A stretch of DNA of 64,000 nucleotides from Actinomycetota bacterium (GTDB lineage Bacteria > Actinomycetota > Aquicultoria > UBA3085 > Oleimmundimicrobiaceae), in assembly GCA_011046085.1 (NCBI GenBank), contig DSBK01000103.1:6084-70083 (forward strand), given 5' to 3'. The notes under the pieces are model-generated. The model did not search any database and was not told where the DNA came from. It saw only the letters and a program-made list of their open reading frames with translations. Below, piece after piece: positions 1 to 8,894 of the stretch. Both the position numbers and the translations under genes were made by a program. The stretch's first letter is position 1; the number at the start of each line of letters is the position of its first letter.

Positions 1-293
1 AGGTTGGTATGAACCACAACCCCGGTCGCATTTATAACCCTTTTTAAACTCGGAGACATAATCTCTTTTACTAACTCGCGCACAAGGGGAACTAGATCAT
101 CTGGCTCAAGCGATATATTCCGCAATTCATCCTCTTTTTTTGTAGCCAAAATCGTCTCTCTTAGCTTGTTGATGACGGAACGAACCGCGCTTACCACCAC
201 CGCTCGAGGATATCTTGGAGTTAAATCTTTTATGGCGGGAAGTTCCATAACCTCATCAACAGGGGAAAGCTGCCTTAAATATTTCTCTTTCAT
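1..293 (-). CDS. selA: L-seryl-tRNA(Sec) selenium transferase SelA, N-terminal fragment (gene continues beyond window start)
   Basis: Translating the reverse complement from the ATG at 293 gives MKEKYLRQLSPVDEVMELPAIKD...KRVINATGVVVHTNL, which matches the SelA N-terminus (E. coli ...LYSQLPAIDRLL... and ...RPVINLTGTVLHTNLGRA). It is missing from the ORF track because it is truncated at the window edge; the +strand ORF 166-402 is its antisense. Confidence 0.7.
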   Translation of the reverse strand, partial: MKEKYLRQLSPVDEVMELPAIKDLTPRYPRAVVVSAVRSVINKLRETILATKKEDELRNISLEPDDLVPLVRELVKEIMSPSLKRVINATGVVVHTN

Positions 294-446
294 CGTTGCC
301 TTGCGCCTCCTGTTTCTCTTCCAAAAGGATGATCAACTTTTTGGGCAACCTTTTCTGTCAATTACCCAAAGAAATGATAAAATTGAATATATCATAAGTT
401 AGCGCTTATTGCATGAACACTCATCTGAAACCAATGATCTGAGATA

Positions 447-1655
447 ATGGGTAAAAGATTAGATAATTTGAAACTAAACCAAAAAAAACGAAAAAAAACA
501 AAACTGATTGTATTCTCAGTTATTTTGTTTTTTCTTTGTGTTCTCTTTATCTTCTATCAAAATAATCTTAAAAATTCAATTTCAAAACAGACGACCGCAA
601 AAACAAATGAAGCAATCATCAAAAAAGAGGAAAACCCCCCACCTAAAAACCATTCCGATGAAACTTCAAAACCGGATGCGGCCATCTCCGTCCCAAAGGA
701 ACTTACAGTAATTGCCGTTGGTGATGTGCTTTTGGATAGACAAGTCGGGGAGATGATTAAAAAATACGGCATCGATGAGCCCTTTTCCGATGTGACCAAG
801 ATATTAACAAGCGCCGATGTCACGATTGCAAATCTCGAATGCGCCCTTTCAACAAGGGGCACGAAAGCCGATAAAGAGTACACCTTCAGAGGGCACCCCT
901 CATGGGCAATAGGTATAAAAAATGCGGGCATCGATGCCGTATCGTTGGCAAACAACCATTCCCTCGATTTTGGGACAGAAGCCTTGAGGGACACTATAAA
1001 TATTCTCGATGAATACGGAATTTATCATGCAGGAGCCGGAATGAACTCATCGAAAGCTCTCTTGCCCGCAATGATGGAGATAAATGAAAAAAAGGCATCC
1101 TTCCTTGCTTTTTCATACATAATCCCCAATGGATTTCTACCCTCTTCAACCAGAGCGGGGATTGCTCACGCGCGATCGCCTTACGCTCTTGTTACCAACG
1201 GGATAAAAGACGCAAAAGAAAATTCAGACTTCGTTATAGTTTCCTTTCACTGGGGAGTTGAATACGAAGACTATCCGATAAAATCCCAAATAGAACTGGC
1301 GCACTTAGCCATAGATGCCGGCGCCGACCTCGTGGTCGCGCACCATCCACACGTGATTCAGGGAATAGAGATTTACAAGGATAAACTCATCGCCTACAGC
1401 TTAGGGGATTTCGTCTTTGACCATTACAGCCGCAAAACGGGGGAGGCATTCATCTTAAAGTGCAAAATTAGCCAGGAAAAAACCCTTGAGGCAAGGGCAA
1501 TTCCCGTATATTTAACCCCAGATGGAAAACCTCAGATGGTCAAGGGCGATGAGGCCGACATCATTCTCGGCAGACTCAAAAAAATTTCCGAAAAACTCGG
1601 AACAAGTATAGAGATCGAAAATAACGAGGCAATCATAGAAACCCAAAATATCTGA
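447..1655 (+). CDS. CapA/PgsA-family metallophosphatase (poly-gamma-glutamate synthesis-like), N-terminal basic stretch plus TM anchor
   Basis: VIAVGDVLLDR, ANLECALS, ANNHSLDFG and HWGVEYEDYP motifs are typical of the CapA/YwtB family; the N-terminus has KKRKKTK followed by a hydrophobic helix. Confidence 0.8.
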   Translation: MGKRLDNLKLNQKKRKKTKLIVFSVILFFLCVLFIFYQNNLKNSISKQTTAKTNEAIIKKEENPPPKNHSDETSKPDAAISVPKELTVIAVGDVLLDRQVGEMIKKYGIDEPFSDVTKILTSADVTIANLECALSTRGTKADKEYTFRGHPSWAIGIKNAGIDAVSLANNHSLDFGTEALRDTINILDEYGIYHAGAGMNSSKALLPAMMEINEKKASFLAFSYIIPNGFLPSSTRAGIAHARSPYALVTNGIKDAKENSDFVIVSFHWGVEYEDYPIKSQIELAHLAIDAGADLVVAHHPHVIQGIEIYKDKLIAYSLGDFVFDHYSRKTGEAFILKCKISQEKTLEARAIPVYLTPDGKPQMVKGDEADIILGRLKKISEKLGTSIEIENNEAIIETQNI

Positions 1656-1702
1656 GCATATCAAAGAATGTAATGGTAAAATTCAATTAGGAGGTGGGAT
1701 TA

Positions 1703-1936
1703 ATGGTTAGCGCATACATTTTAATCACAGCCGAAGCGGGAGAGGCGGGTGAAATCGTAAAAAGAGCAACTGATATTGAGGGAGTAAAGTCCGTAAATGC
1801 CGTTACCGGGCCATATGACGCAATTGCTTTTGTAGAGGCCCCCGATTTCAACGCACTGGGGAATCTGGTGGTCGCAAAAATCCAAAGGATTAAGGGAGTA
1901 ATCCGCACCCTTACCTGCATACAAGTCGAGTTGTAA
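1703..1936 (+). CDS. Stand-alone Lrp/AsnC ligand-binding (RAM) domain protein
   Basis: About 78 aa: YILITAEAGEAGEIVKRATDIEGVKSVNAVTGPYDAIAFVEAPDFNALGNLVV...I..I.GVIRTLT fits the AsnC-type C-terminal domain. A GGAGGTG RBS lies 9 nt upstream of the ATG at 1703; the track start at 1694 is a GTG. Confidence 0.6.
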   Translation: MVSAYILITAEAGEAGEIVKRATDIEGVKSVNAVTGPYDAIAFVEAPDFNALGNLVVAKIQRIKGVIRTLTCIQVEL

Positions 1937-1972
1937 TTACATATTACTCAATTAATACCTTAAAAACACGGG

Positions 1973-3025
1973 CTATAAATCACGAACATCCAAGTAAACT
2001 TTGGTTATTTTGTTTGGAACACTTTTTGTGTATGGTTTCATAATAATTTCACCCTGCAATTTAACAAGGGCTCGCTTGGACAAAATCTTGTGGGCTGGAT
2101 TTCCCGTGTCAATGGCGCAAACCAAGCAATCGATGCCTTTATCTACCGCCAAGTTGTTTACATAATCTAAAAGCTCCTGAAATAAAAATTCACCCTCTTT
2201 TTCGGAGAAACCCACATCGAAGAGATACCATTGCTTTATGGTGCCACCCTTTTTGGGAACGTTCGGAAATGATAAGAAGGGTCTAATTATATAAGAAAGA
2301 AATCCCATAAGTTTAAGGGTTATGGGCAAATCAAGAACACAGATGTTAAATATCTTTGAGTAATCCAAAATTGAAACGGTGGCAAATCCACCGTCTCCTT
2401 CTGCGTAAAAAACCCCTTCTGAATTCATCTTTGAAACCCTGTCAAAATATTTATCTTCGCTTTCCGAGATAAAGAAGGAGTAATTCCTATAATATTCGCT
2501 TAGTACTTCGGACACCCTGGCGATATTTTCTCTACTTTGAGCAAGTTTAACCTCGACTTTTTGAACTTTTCTCTTTCTAGAAATTTGGATAGTGGGTAAT
2601 TCAAACCTTCGCTTAACGGAAAACCCCTTTTTAACCAAGAGTTTTCGAGGTGCCGTGTTATCATCCACGATGAACCCGTAGCCAAAATCCACTGAATTTT
2701 CTCTTGCCAGGATTTCAACGGCATCCACCAGTTTAGTGGCAATGCCCCTTCTTCTGAAATCGGGGTGAACCCTAAGGTCATAGATGTAGTTCGCTTTAAG
2801 GGTCGCCCCATTTAAATTGACGTCTTTAAAAGCACATGAGATAACGCCGACAACCTTGCCCTCTTCTTCCGCAACAAATGTGTGGGCGCGCTCATACATC
2901 TTGGAGCGCGCGAAGAAATCTTCCCGTTCCAAAAGGAGCTTTACATCTTTTCCTTGAGGACAAGCCATCTCTAAATCTGATAATGCTTGATTGTCAGCAC
3001 AACCAGCTTCTCGAAGATTTATCAC
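1973..3025 (-). CDS. GNAT-family N-acetyltransferase with a C-terminal domain of unknown function
   Basis: The acetyl-CoA binding motif RVHPDFRRRGIATKLV lies in the N-terminal half; about 180 aa of the C-terminus are unassigned. Confidence 0.65.
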   Translation of the reverse strand: MINLREAGCADNQALSDLEMACPQGKDVKLLLEREDFFARSKMYERAHTFVAEEEGKVVGVISCAFKDVNLNGATLKANYIYDLRVHPDFRRRGIATKLVDAVEILARENSVDFGYGFIVDDNTAPRKLLVKKGFSVKRRFELPTIQISRKRKVQKVEVKLAQSRENIARVSEVLSEYYRNYSFFISESEDKYFDRVSKMNSEGVFYAEGDGGFATVSILDYSKIFNICVLDLPITLKLMGFLSYIIRPFLSFPNVPKKGGTIKQWYLFDVGFSEKEGEFLFQELLDYVNNLAVDKGIDCLVCAIDTGNPAHKILSKRALVKLQGEIIMKPYTKSVPNKITKVYLDVRDL

Positions 3026-3438
3026 GAACTTTTCTCCCGATATTTGCTCGTTTTACCCCTTCGCCCCCGCTCGATCAAAAGAGCAACAAATATGATAAAC
3101 AAAATAGCCACAACATCGACCGCAAAGTCTTTCAAGCTGCAATCGCGAGTGGGAACGAAAAATTGATGCAACTCGTCTAAAGCAGCGTAAACAATACATA
3201 AGCTCGCAGTTAGAAACGGGGCCCTTTTTGAGGTTTCTTTTTGTTTTTCGAACGCCCTTAGAAACAAGATGCCAAGGATGGTGTATTCAAAGAAATGGAA
3301 AACGTAATCGGGCAAGAAGGATGGAACACCCGAAGCGGGCAATGAAGAAAAGAAGTATATAGCCACCATCCATAAAAGGGGAGGAGCCCAAATCAACAAA
3401 GATTGAATTCTTGTTTGATGAGGGGGACCACTAACCAA
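3022..3438 (-). CDS. VanZ-like membrane protein
   Basis: Four hydrophobic helices; LDELHQFFVPTRDCSLKDFAVD is the VanZ signature region. Confidence 0.6.
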   Translation of the reverse strand: MVSGPPHQTRIQSLLIWAPPLLWMVAIYFFSSLPASGVPSFLPDYVFHFFEYTILGILFLRAFEKQKETSKRAPFLTASLCIVYAALDELHQFFVPTRDCSLKDFAVDVVAILFIIFVALLIERGRRGKTSKYREKSS

Positions 3439-5041
3439 GACTTCCCCTCATTTTGCCCAGTTTTAAAACCCACTCGTTCACAAGATTGAACTCCAAACCT
3501 TCGTCGCTTACAATTGGCTCACCTTCAACCCCAATAACCTGTTTAAGCATTGGTTTCATGGTTTCCAAAATCGTGTCATAGAATTTATCTTGTTTTGTCT
3601 TTTCATACCATTTTATGCCCAGATATTTTTCTATGAGTCTAAGATCATCCTCCACAAGCGAGATAACTTGAGGCGGCAAAAACTCCGCGGCATTGGCAAG
3701 ATGAACGAACCTACAGGCAAATGCGAGGCTGCTCTTAAGACCAACATAACACTCAAGAAACTGATTTAAAATCTTCTTTCCATAACGCTTTTCAACCTCA
3801 TTTAATCCCCTGCCAACTCCGATAATTTCGGGGGGAAGTCCGATACTATACAGGGCCGCTGTGTAAGATATCGCTCTGGGCAATTCACCACCACCCTTCT
3901 TGTATGACTTTCTTACCTCATCCGCAAGAGTTTTGTCTGTTAAAAGATCGGCCAGCTCAAGGGGATGCGGGAAATCTCTAGCGTAACCAACATCGCTTTT
4001 TCTCGCCAACCGGTCCCTCTGCCCTGGTATCAAATCAGATATTCTACAAACAACATCGCTTACATCATAAAAGCAGGTTAAGTAATGCTTTACAAAGATG
4101 CCAATTATATTTATCAAAGTTGAGCGGAAATCATCATCAAAATCCAAGGGGCGTGAGGAGGGGAGCCTCTCTTTAAGGATTTCTGCCAATTTTCTCGTTT
4201 TATCGTAGCCGTGGTCGTATCTCATGGCAGACTGAATGGTTAGTGTGCGAACTCCACGATAGTCCTCCATGACATTATCTATGTTTTCCAAAGTAAAATA
4301 ACCTCTAAACGGAAGCGTTCCACCTCCTAAAATAGGAGCCATCTCAACCCCAAGCTCTTTTTGCAAGCGATAACCATCCGCAATCGCGATTTTATTTGAG
4401 AGAGCGGCGGCCACCATCCCGTAGGTAAGAGCAAGATCGGAAAGACCCAGCATGAAGCGTAACCTCTCGGTTTTTAACCCTTTCTCTCTGCAACCGTTCA
4501 AATAATCCTTAAAAATGGTGTAAACATCCAATATTTGAGGTATGGTTTCTATGAGCGGAATCACCTTTATAAGGTTGCGATCCTTACTCAGCCCGAATTC
4601 TTTATGGGCAAGCTCGATAACGTCGATGACTCTCTCTCGCACAGCAAGAATCTCCTCAGACCCCCTGCACATCGGCAAGATAATCTCTTTAATCGCATAG
4701 ATATTAGACTGCTTCCAGGCATGATAATTTGATTCGACGACGGACATTAAAGCCATTAATTGTCGAAAAACTCCCTCTTCCACGCCACTTGGAATCCGCG
4801 GAGTTACAAAGACTTCTTTCCCGGGCAAAATCCCCTTTCCGATCAGCCCTAAAACAATCTGAGATGTCTGTTGGTAAGGAGTCAGTTTCCCTTCAAAATC
4901 GACCATCGCCTCTTCAAGCCCCAGACCATCCGGTGCCGGAGTGAGAGAAAAGATGGCTTCCTTTGGTTCTTCTTGAATGGATATATAGGTTGAAGCATCG
5001 GGATGTTGGGTCATCATAGATGTTGGCGTTTTATCCTTCAT
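3431..5041 (-). CDS. ppcA: Archaeal-type phosphoenolpyruvate carboxylase (PepcA)
   Basis: The N-terminal MMTQHPD motif is the hallmark (IPRxMSTQHPDN) of archaeal-type PEPC; the roughly 535 aa size fits. Confidence 0.85.
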   Translation of the reverse strand: MKDKTPTSMMTQHPDASTYISIQEEPKEAIFSLTPAPDGLGLEEAMVDFEGKLTPYQQTSQIVLGLIGKGILPGKEVFVTPRIPSGVEEGVFRQLMALMSVVESNYHAWKQSNIYAIKEIILPMCRGSEEILAVRERVIDVIELAHKEFGLSKDRNLIKVIPLIETIPQILDVYTIFKDYLNGCREKGLKTERLRFMLGLSDLALTYGMVAAALSNKIAIADGYRLQKELGVEMAPILGGGTLPFRGYFTLENIDNVMEDYRGVRTLTIQSAMRYDHGYDKTRKLAEILKERLPSSRPLDFDDDFRSTLINIIGIFVKHYLTCFYDVSDVVCRISDLIPGQRDRLARKSDVGYARDFPHPLELADLLTDKTLADEVRKSYKKGGGELPRAISYTAALYSIGLPPEIIGVGRGLNEVEKRYGKKILNQFLECYVGLKSSLAFACRFVHLANAAEFLPPQVISLVEDDLRLIEKYLGIKWYEKTKQDKFYDTILETMKPMLKQVIGVEGEPIVSDEGLEFNLVNEWVLKLGKMRGSLG

Positions 5042-5230
5042 TGCTCTTCCTTTCTTAATCGCCTGTTGGATAAATATATTTCAATTCTTGGCATTTTAAT
5101 CAAATTAATTTGGCGCCATTATCACGTTATTTAATAAAATTATATCCTTTATCTAGATATATTGTAATATTCACCCCAGTCATGAACACAATTTTCTGAG
5201 AAAATTAAAATTTAATCTCCTCCTTTAACT

Positions 5231-5259
5231 TTGACTATTCTCAAATAAAGTATTATATT
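5231..5259 (+). promoter_or_regulatory. Sigma-70-like promoter for the Zn-ribbon-Hfq gene
   Basis: TTGACT (5231-5236), a 17 nt spacer, then TATATT (5254-5259); an AAAAGGTGG RBS precedes the ATG at 5290. Confidence 0.4.
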
Positions 5260-5289
5260 AAAAAATAATCAATTAAAAGGTGGCGCGCA

Positions 5290-5889
5290 ATGAAGGAAGG
5301 CAAATGCAGTATTTGTAACAAAAAGACAGAAAAGCTCTGGGTTTTAAATACAGCCATCTATGATGACCTGGATCTATCTGAACAAGGCGTGCGAGCAGAT
5401 ATCTGCGAACGATGCGCTACGGATGTGAGTGAAGTGGTCAATTACTTGAAAAAAACAAGCAAAATGCCCGCCCCGACTCAAACTAAAAGACCTGTAGAAA
5501 TCAAAAGCCAGTATAAATCGGCAGAACCTACAAAACAGGAAAATAAAGAACCTGTGGTAAAAAAAGAGAAGGAAAAACCTGAAAGTGAGTTTAAGAAATA
5601 TGATCCCAGACCCCAGTTAAGTAGAGGATTTGCCCAAAATGCCTTCCTTAAGGAACTTCATCACAACAAAGAGAAGATCGAGATACTAGGAATGGACAAT
5701 GAGGTTTGGAAAGGAAAAATTGAAGCTTACGATGAATTTTCTTTGGTTATTAGGACAAAATATGGTAAAGAGCTGGTTTTTAAACATGCGATAAAATCCA
5801 TCAAGCCCGCCTGCGAAGAGAAGGAAGTAGAAGTTTTTAAAAAGCTGGATGATTCCGTCCGCTCAGTTCCACCCGTGTTGCCTCACTAA
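5290..5889 (+). CDS. Zinc-ribbon / Lys-Glu-rich linker / Hfq (Sm-fold) domain fusion protein
   Basis: The N-terminus has CSICNKK...CERC (a C4 zinc ribbon). The C-terminus, NAFLKELHHNKEKIEILGMDNEVWKGKIEAYDEFSLVIRTKYGKELVFKHAIKSIKP, aligns with the E. coli Hfq core [56 protein letters not shown], covering Sm1, Sm2 and the YKHAI motif. Confidence 0.7.
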   Translation: MKEGKCSICNKKTEKLWVLNTAIYDDLDLSEQGVRADICERCATDVSEVVNYLKKTSKMPAPTQTKRPVEIKSQYKSAEPTKQENKEPVVKKEKEKPESEFKKYDPRPQLSRGFAQNAFLKELHHNKEKIEILGMDNEVWKGKIEAYDEFSLVIRTKYGKELVFKHAIKSIKPACEEKEVEVFKKLDDSVRSVPPVLPH

Positions 5890-6392
5890 ATCTTAACTAT
5901 CTTTCCAGATATCGAACCACAATTTTTATCTGTCGACTCGTCAATGTCAAGAAACCCAAGTGAGTTTTGGCCGGTAAATGCCCTATCCATAGCACTACCG
6001 GGATTAAACAATAAAACATTGTCAATTACCTGATTGTAAAATGAGTGGCTATGACCAAAAACTATGCAATCAACGTCGCTAAACTCTCTCCTTACCCTTT
6101 GCGGAAGATCAACAGGGGAACCCCAACCGTGCATCATGCCAATTTTACATCCACCGACTTCAACAACGATTTTTTCCGGTAAAACCTTCTTGGTATCGGG
6201 AAAATCCATATTTCCTCTTACGGCAACCGTTTTGGCCACATCTTTTAAGACCTCGAGGACACGCAAATCCACCATATCGCCAGAATGAAGGATAATATTT
6301 ATCTCTTTGAAGTGGCAATGGACAATTTCTGTTAAGCGATCGAGGTCTTCTTCCGTTTTAACGTGAGTATCCGAAATTACACCTATTCTCAA
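5886..6392 (-). CDS. YfcE/MJ0936-family metallophosphoesterase
   Basis: [16 protein letters not shown] and GHSHSF motifs; overlaps lon by 4 nt, so likely co-transcribed. Confidence 0.75.
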   Translation of the reverse strand: MRIGVISDTHVKTEEDLDRLTEIVHCHFKEINIILHSGDMVDLRVLEVLKDVAKTVAVRGNMDFPDTKKVLPEKIVVEVGGCKIGMMHGWGSPVDLPQRVRREFSDVDCIVFGHSHSFYNQVIDNVLLFNPGSAMDRAFTGQNSLGFLDIDESTDKNCGSISGKIVKI

Positions 6393-8767
6393 CTTTTGCC
6401 CTTTTTATTGGATTTAAGCTTTGGTCGTTCCTTTAGCGCGACCTTGAGAACATCGACCACATTTTTGACAAATATAAATGCTAACTCCTTGCGCACTTGC
6501 TCCGGCACTATATCCAAATCCTTCTCATTTTCTTTGGGAACGATTATCTTTTTCAAACCAGCCCTATGAGCGGCGAGAACTTTCTCTTTTATGCCCCCGA
6601 CCGGTAGAATATGCCCTCGAAGAGTAATTTCGCCAGTCATGCCGACATCTTTTTTGACGGGAGCCTTGGTTAGCGCCGATATCAGAGAAACTGCCATGGT
6701 AATCCCCGCAGACGGACCATCTTTTGGTATCGCTCCAGCGGGAACATGGATATGAATATCGTATTTATCATAAAAATTTTCAGGCGCTCCGAACTCTTTC
6801 GCTTTGGAGCGCGCATAACTCAGCGCCGCCTGTGCGGACTCCTGCATGACCTCACCCAGGTGACCCGTGAGGGTAAGTTTTCCGTTTCCCTTCATAAGCG
6901 TAGACTCAACAGATATGATATCCCCGCCGGCCTCCGTCCAAGCCAGCCCGGTGGCCACCCCAATCTCATCTCTTTCTTCAGCCAAACCATAATGAAATTG
7001 TGAGGGGCCAAGGAAATCGGTTAAATTATCCGGTATTATTTTAAAAAGTTTCTTTTCTCCCTCAACAATTTTCCTTGCAATTTGACGACAAACGGCGGCT
7101 ATTTTTCTCTCTAGATTTCTTACGCCGGCCTCCCTTGTGTGCTCCCTTATTATTTCTACCACTGCTTCCTCGGTAATTTCTAGGTCCTTTTCTTTAAGAC
7201 CATGGGCTTCAAGTTGTTTTGGTATCAAAAACTGTTGGGCGATTTTTAATTTCTCCTCTTCCGTATACCCCGGAAAGTGAATAACCTCCATCCTGTCTTT
7301 AAGGGCCGGTGGTATAGTGTCTAATATATTCGCGGTAGTTATGAACATGACATCGGAAAGATCAAAGGGGACCTCAAGGTAGTGATCGCTAAAAGCGCCA
7401 TTTTGTTCGGGATCAAGCACCTCAAGAAGGGCGGCCGTTGGATCCCCCCTAAAATCGGCTCCGACTTTGTCTATTTCGTCCATCATAAAAACGGGATTGC
7501 TGGTACCAATCTGCTTTATACTCTGAATTATCCTGCCCGGCAAAGCGCCAACATACGTCCGTCTGTGTCCCCTGATTTCAGCTTCATCTCGAACACCGCC
7601 GAGAGACACTCTGATAAACCTTCGCCCAAGCGCCCTTGCAATCGATTTGCCAATGGAAGTTTTGCCGGTTCCAGGCGGCCCAACAAAACAAAGTATGGCT
7701 TCCCTCATTTTTTCTTTTGCCAACTTTCGAACCGCCAAGTGTTCCAACACACGTTCTTTTACTTTTTCGAGGCCATAGTGATCTTCATCAAGAATCTCAC
7801 TTGCTTTTTCAATATTTAATTTCTCTCTCGATTTTTTGGCCCAAGGCAAGTCAATTAACCAATCGAGATAGGTTCTCACAACAGAGGCCTCGGCCGCAGC
7901 AAGCGGCATCTTTTCAAGCCGACCGATTTCCTTAAGGGCTTTCTCTTCCACTTCTTTTGGTATTTTCGTTTTAGCAATCTTGTCTCTTAATTCTTGAGTT
8001 TCCGCAACCCGCTCATCCTCTATCCCCAACTCCTCTTGGATCGCCCTCAACTGTTCTTTTAGGAAATATTCTCTTTGGGATTTTGTCATCTGCTCCTTTA
8101 CCCTGTTTTGAATTTTGCTACCCAGCTCTAAAATTTCGAGCTCTTTGGATAAAAAGGAGGAGACTTTCTGTAATCTTTCTTTTGGGCCTATGGCCTCCAA
8201 TATCTCTTGTTTGCCATCGGTCTTCAAATTTAAATGAAAGGCCACAAAGTCAGCCAACCTACCCGGTTCGTCGATGTTTAAAGATGCTACCAAAACTTCA
8301 GGGGGGATCGGCCTACCCAACCTAGCGCATTTTTCAAATTGAGAGATAAGGTTCCTCATTAAAGCTTCCGTCTCTAAGTCTTTTTTAGCTTCTTGCTCAA
8401 CAACCTCAATCTCCACCTTAAAATAGGGGTCAACCTGAATAAATTTTTTAATCTTTATACGAGACATCCCCTCTACCAGAGCCTTAGCAGTACCATCGGG
8501 AAGTTTCAATTCCTGCATTACCAAAGCAACCGAACCTACTTCATAAAGATCCTCCGGAAGCGGGTCCTGAACCTCAACATCTTTTTGAACGGCCAAAGCC
8601 ACCATATGGTCTTCGTGCATCGCCGCTTCCAAGGCGTTTATGGATCTTTCCCGTCCCACAAAAAGAGGTACCACAAGATTGGGAAAGATTATTAAATCTC
8701 TCAAAGGAATCAGCGGCAGCTCGTTTGGGATTTTCAAATCAGCTTCGTTATGATTTTTTGCTGTCAT
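6389..8767 (-). CDS. lon: ATP-dependent Lon protease
   Basis: Lon N-terminal domain, Walker [10 protein letters not shown], and the proteolytic Ser motif [20 protein letters not shown]. Confidence 0.95.
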   Translation of the reverse strand: MTAKNHNEADLKIPNELPLIPLRDLIIFPNLVVPLFVGRERSINALEAAMHEDHMVALAVQKDVEVQDPLPEDLYEVGSVALVMQELKLPDGTAKALVEGMSRIKIKKFIQVDPYFKVEIEVVEQEAKKDLETEALMRNLISQFEKCARLGRPIPPEVLVASLNIDEPGRLADFVAFHLNLKTDGKQEILEAIGPKERLQKVSSFLSKELEILELGSKIQNRVKEQMTKSQREYFLKEQLRAIQEELGIEDERVAETQELRDKIAKTKIPKEVEEKALKEIGRLEKMPLAAAEASVVRTYLDWLIDLPWAKKSREKLNIEKASEILDEDHYGLEKVKERVLEHLAVRKLAKEKMREAILCFVGPPGTGKTSIGKSIARALGRRFIRVSLGGVRDEAEIRGHRRTYVGALPGRIIQSIKQIGTSNPVFMMDEIDKVGADFRGDPTAALLEVLDPEQNGAFSDHYLEVPFDLSDVMFITTANILDTIPPALKDRMEVIHFPGYTEEEKLKIAQQFLIPKQLEAHGLKEKDLEITEEAVVEIIREHTREAGVRNLERKIAAVCRQIARKIVEGEKKLFKIIPDNLTDFLGPSQFHYGLAEERDEIGVATGLAWTEAGGDIISVESTLMKGNGKLTLTGHLGEVMQESAQAALSYARSKAKEFGAPENFYDKYDIHIHVPAGAIPKDGPSAGITMAVSLISALTKAPVKKDVGMTGEITLRGHILPVGGIKEKVLAAHRAGLKKIIVPKENEKDLDIVPEQVRKELAFIFVKNVVDVLKVALKERPKLKSNKKGKS

Positions 8768-8894
8768 TAAAGTCGTCCTTCCTATTTAATTATTTTATTT
8801 AATATGTAAACATATTCTTTAGATTCAATCATAATCCTTCCACAAATTAAGTAAGGTGATTACATAAAAAAGAAGGAACTAAAAAGGAAGCGCA

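Noticed and set aside
166-402. 78 aa plus-strand ORF at the window start
   Set aside because: It lies antisense to the clearly homologous selA N-terminus on the minus strand (1-293) and has no features of a real gene.
2500-2811. 103 aa ORF nested in the GNAT gene, and numerous other nested or antisense ORFs in the track (for example 508-711, 557-994, 4535-4944, 19171-19684, 32324-33439, 34383-35904, 44395-44979)
   Set aside because: They overlap well-supported homologous genes on the other strand or frame and lack motifs or RBS.
8768-8894. CIRCE/HrcA or CtsR heat-shock operator upstream of lon
   Set aside because: No TTAGCACTC-N9-GAGTGCTAA or GTCAAA-repeat-like sequence present.
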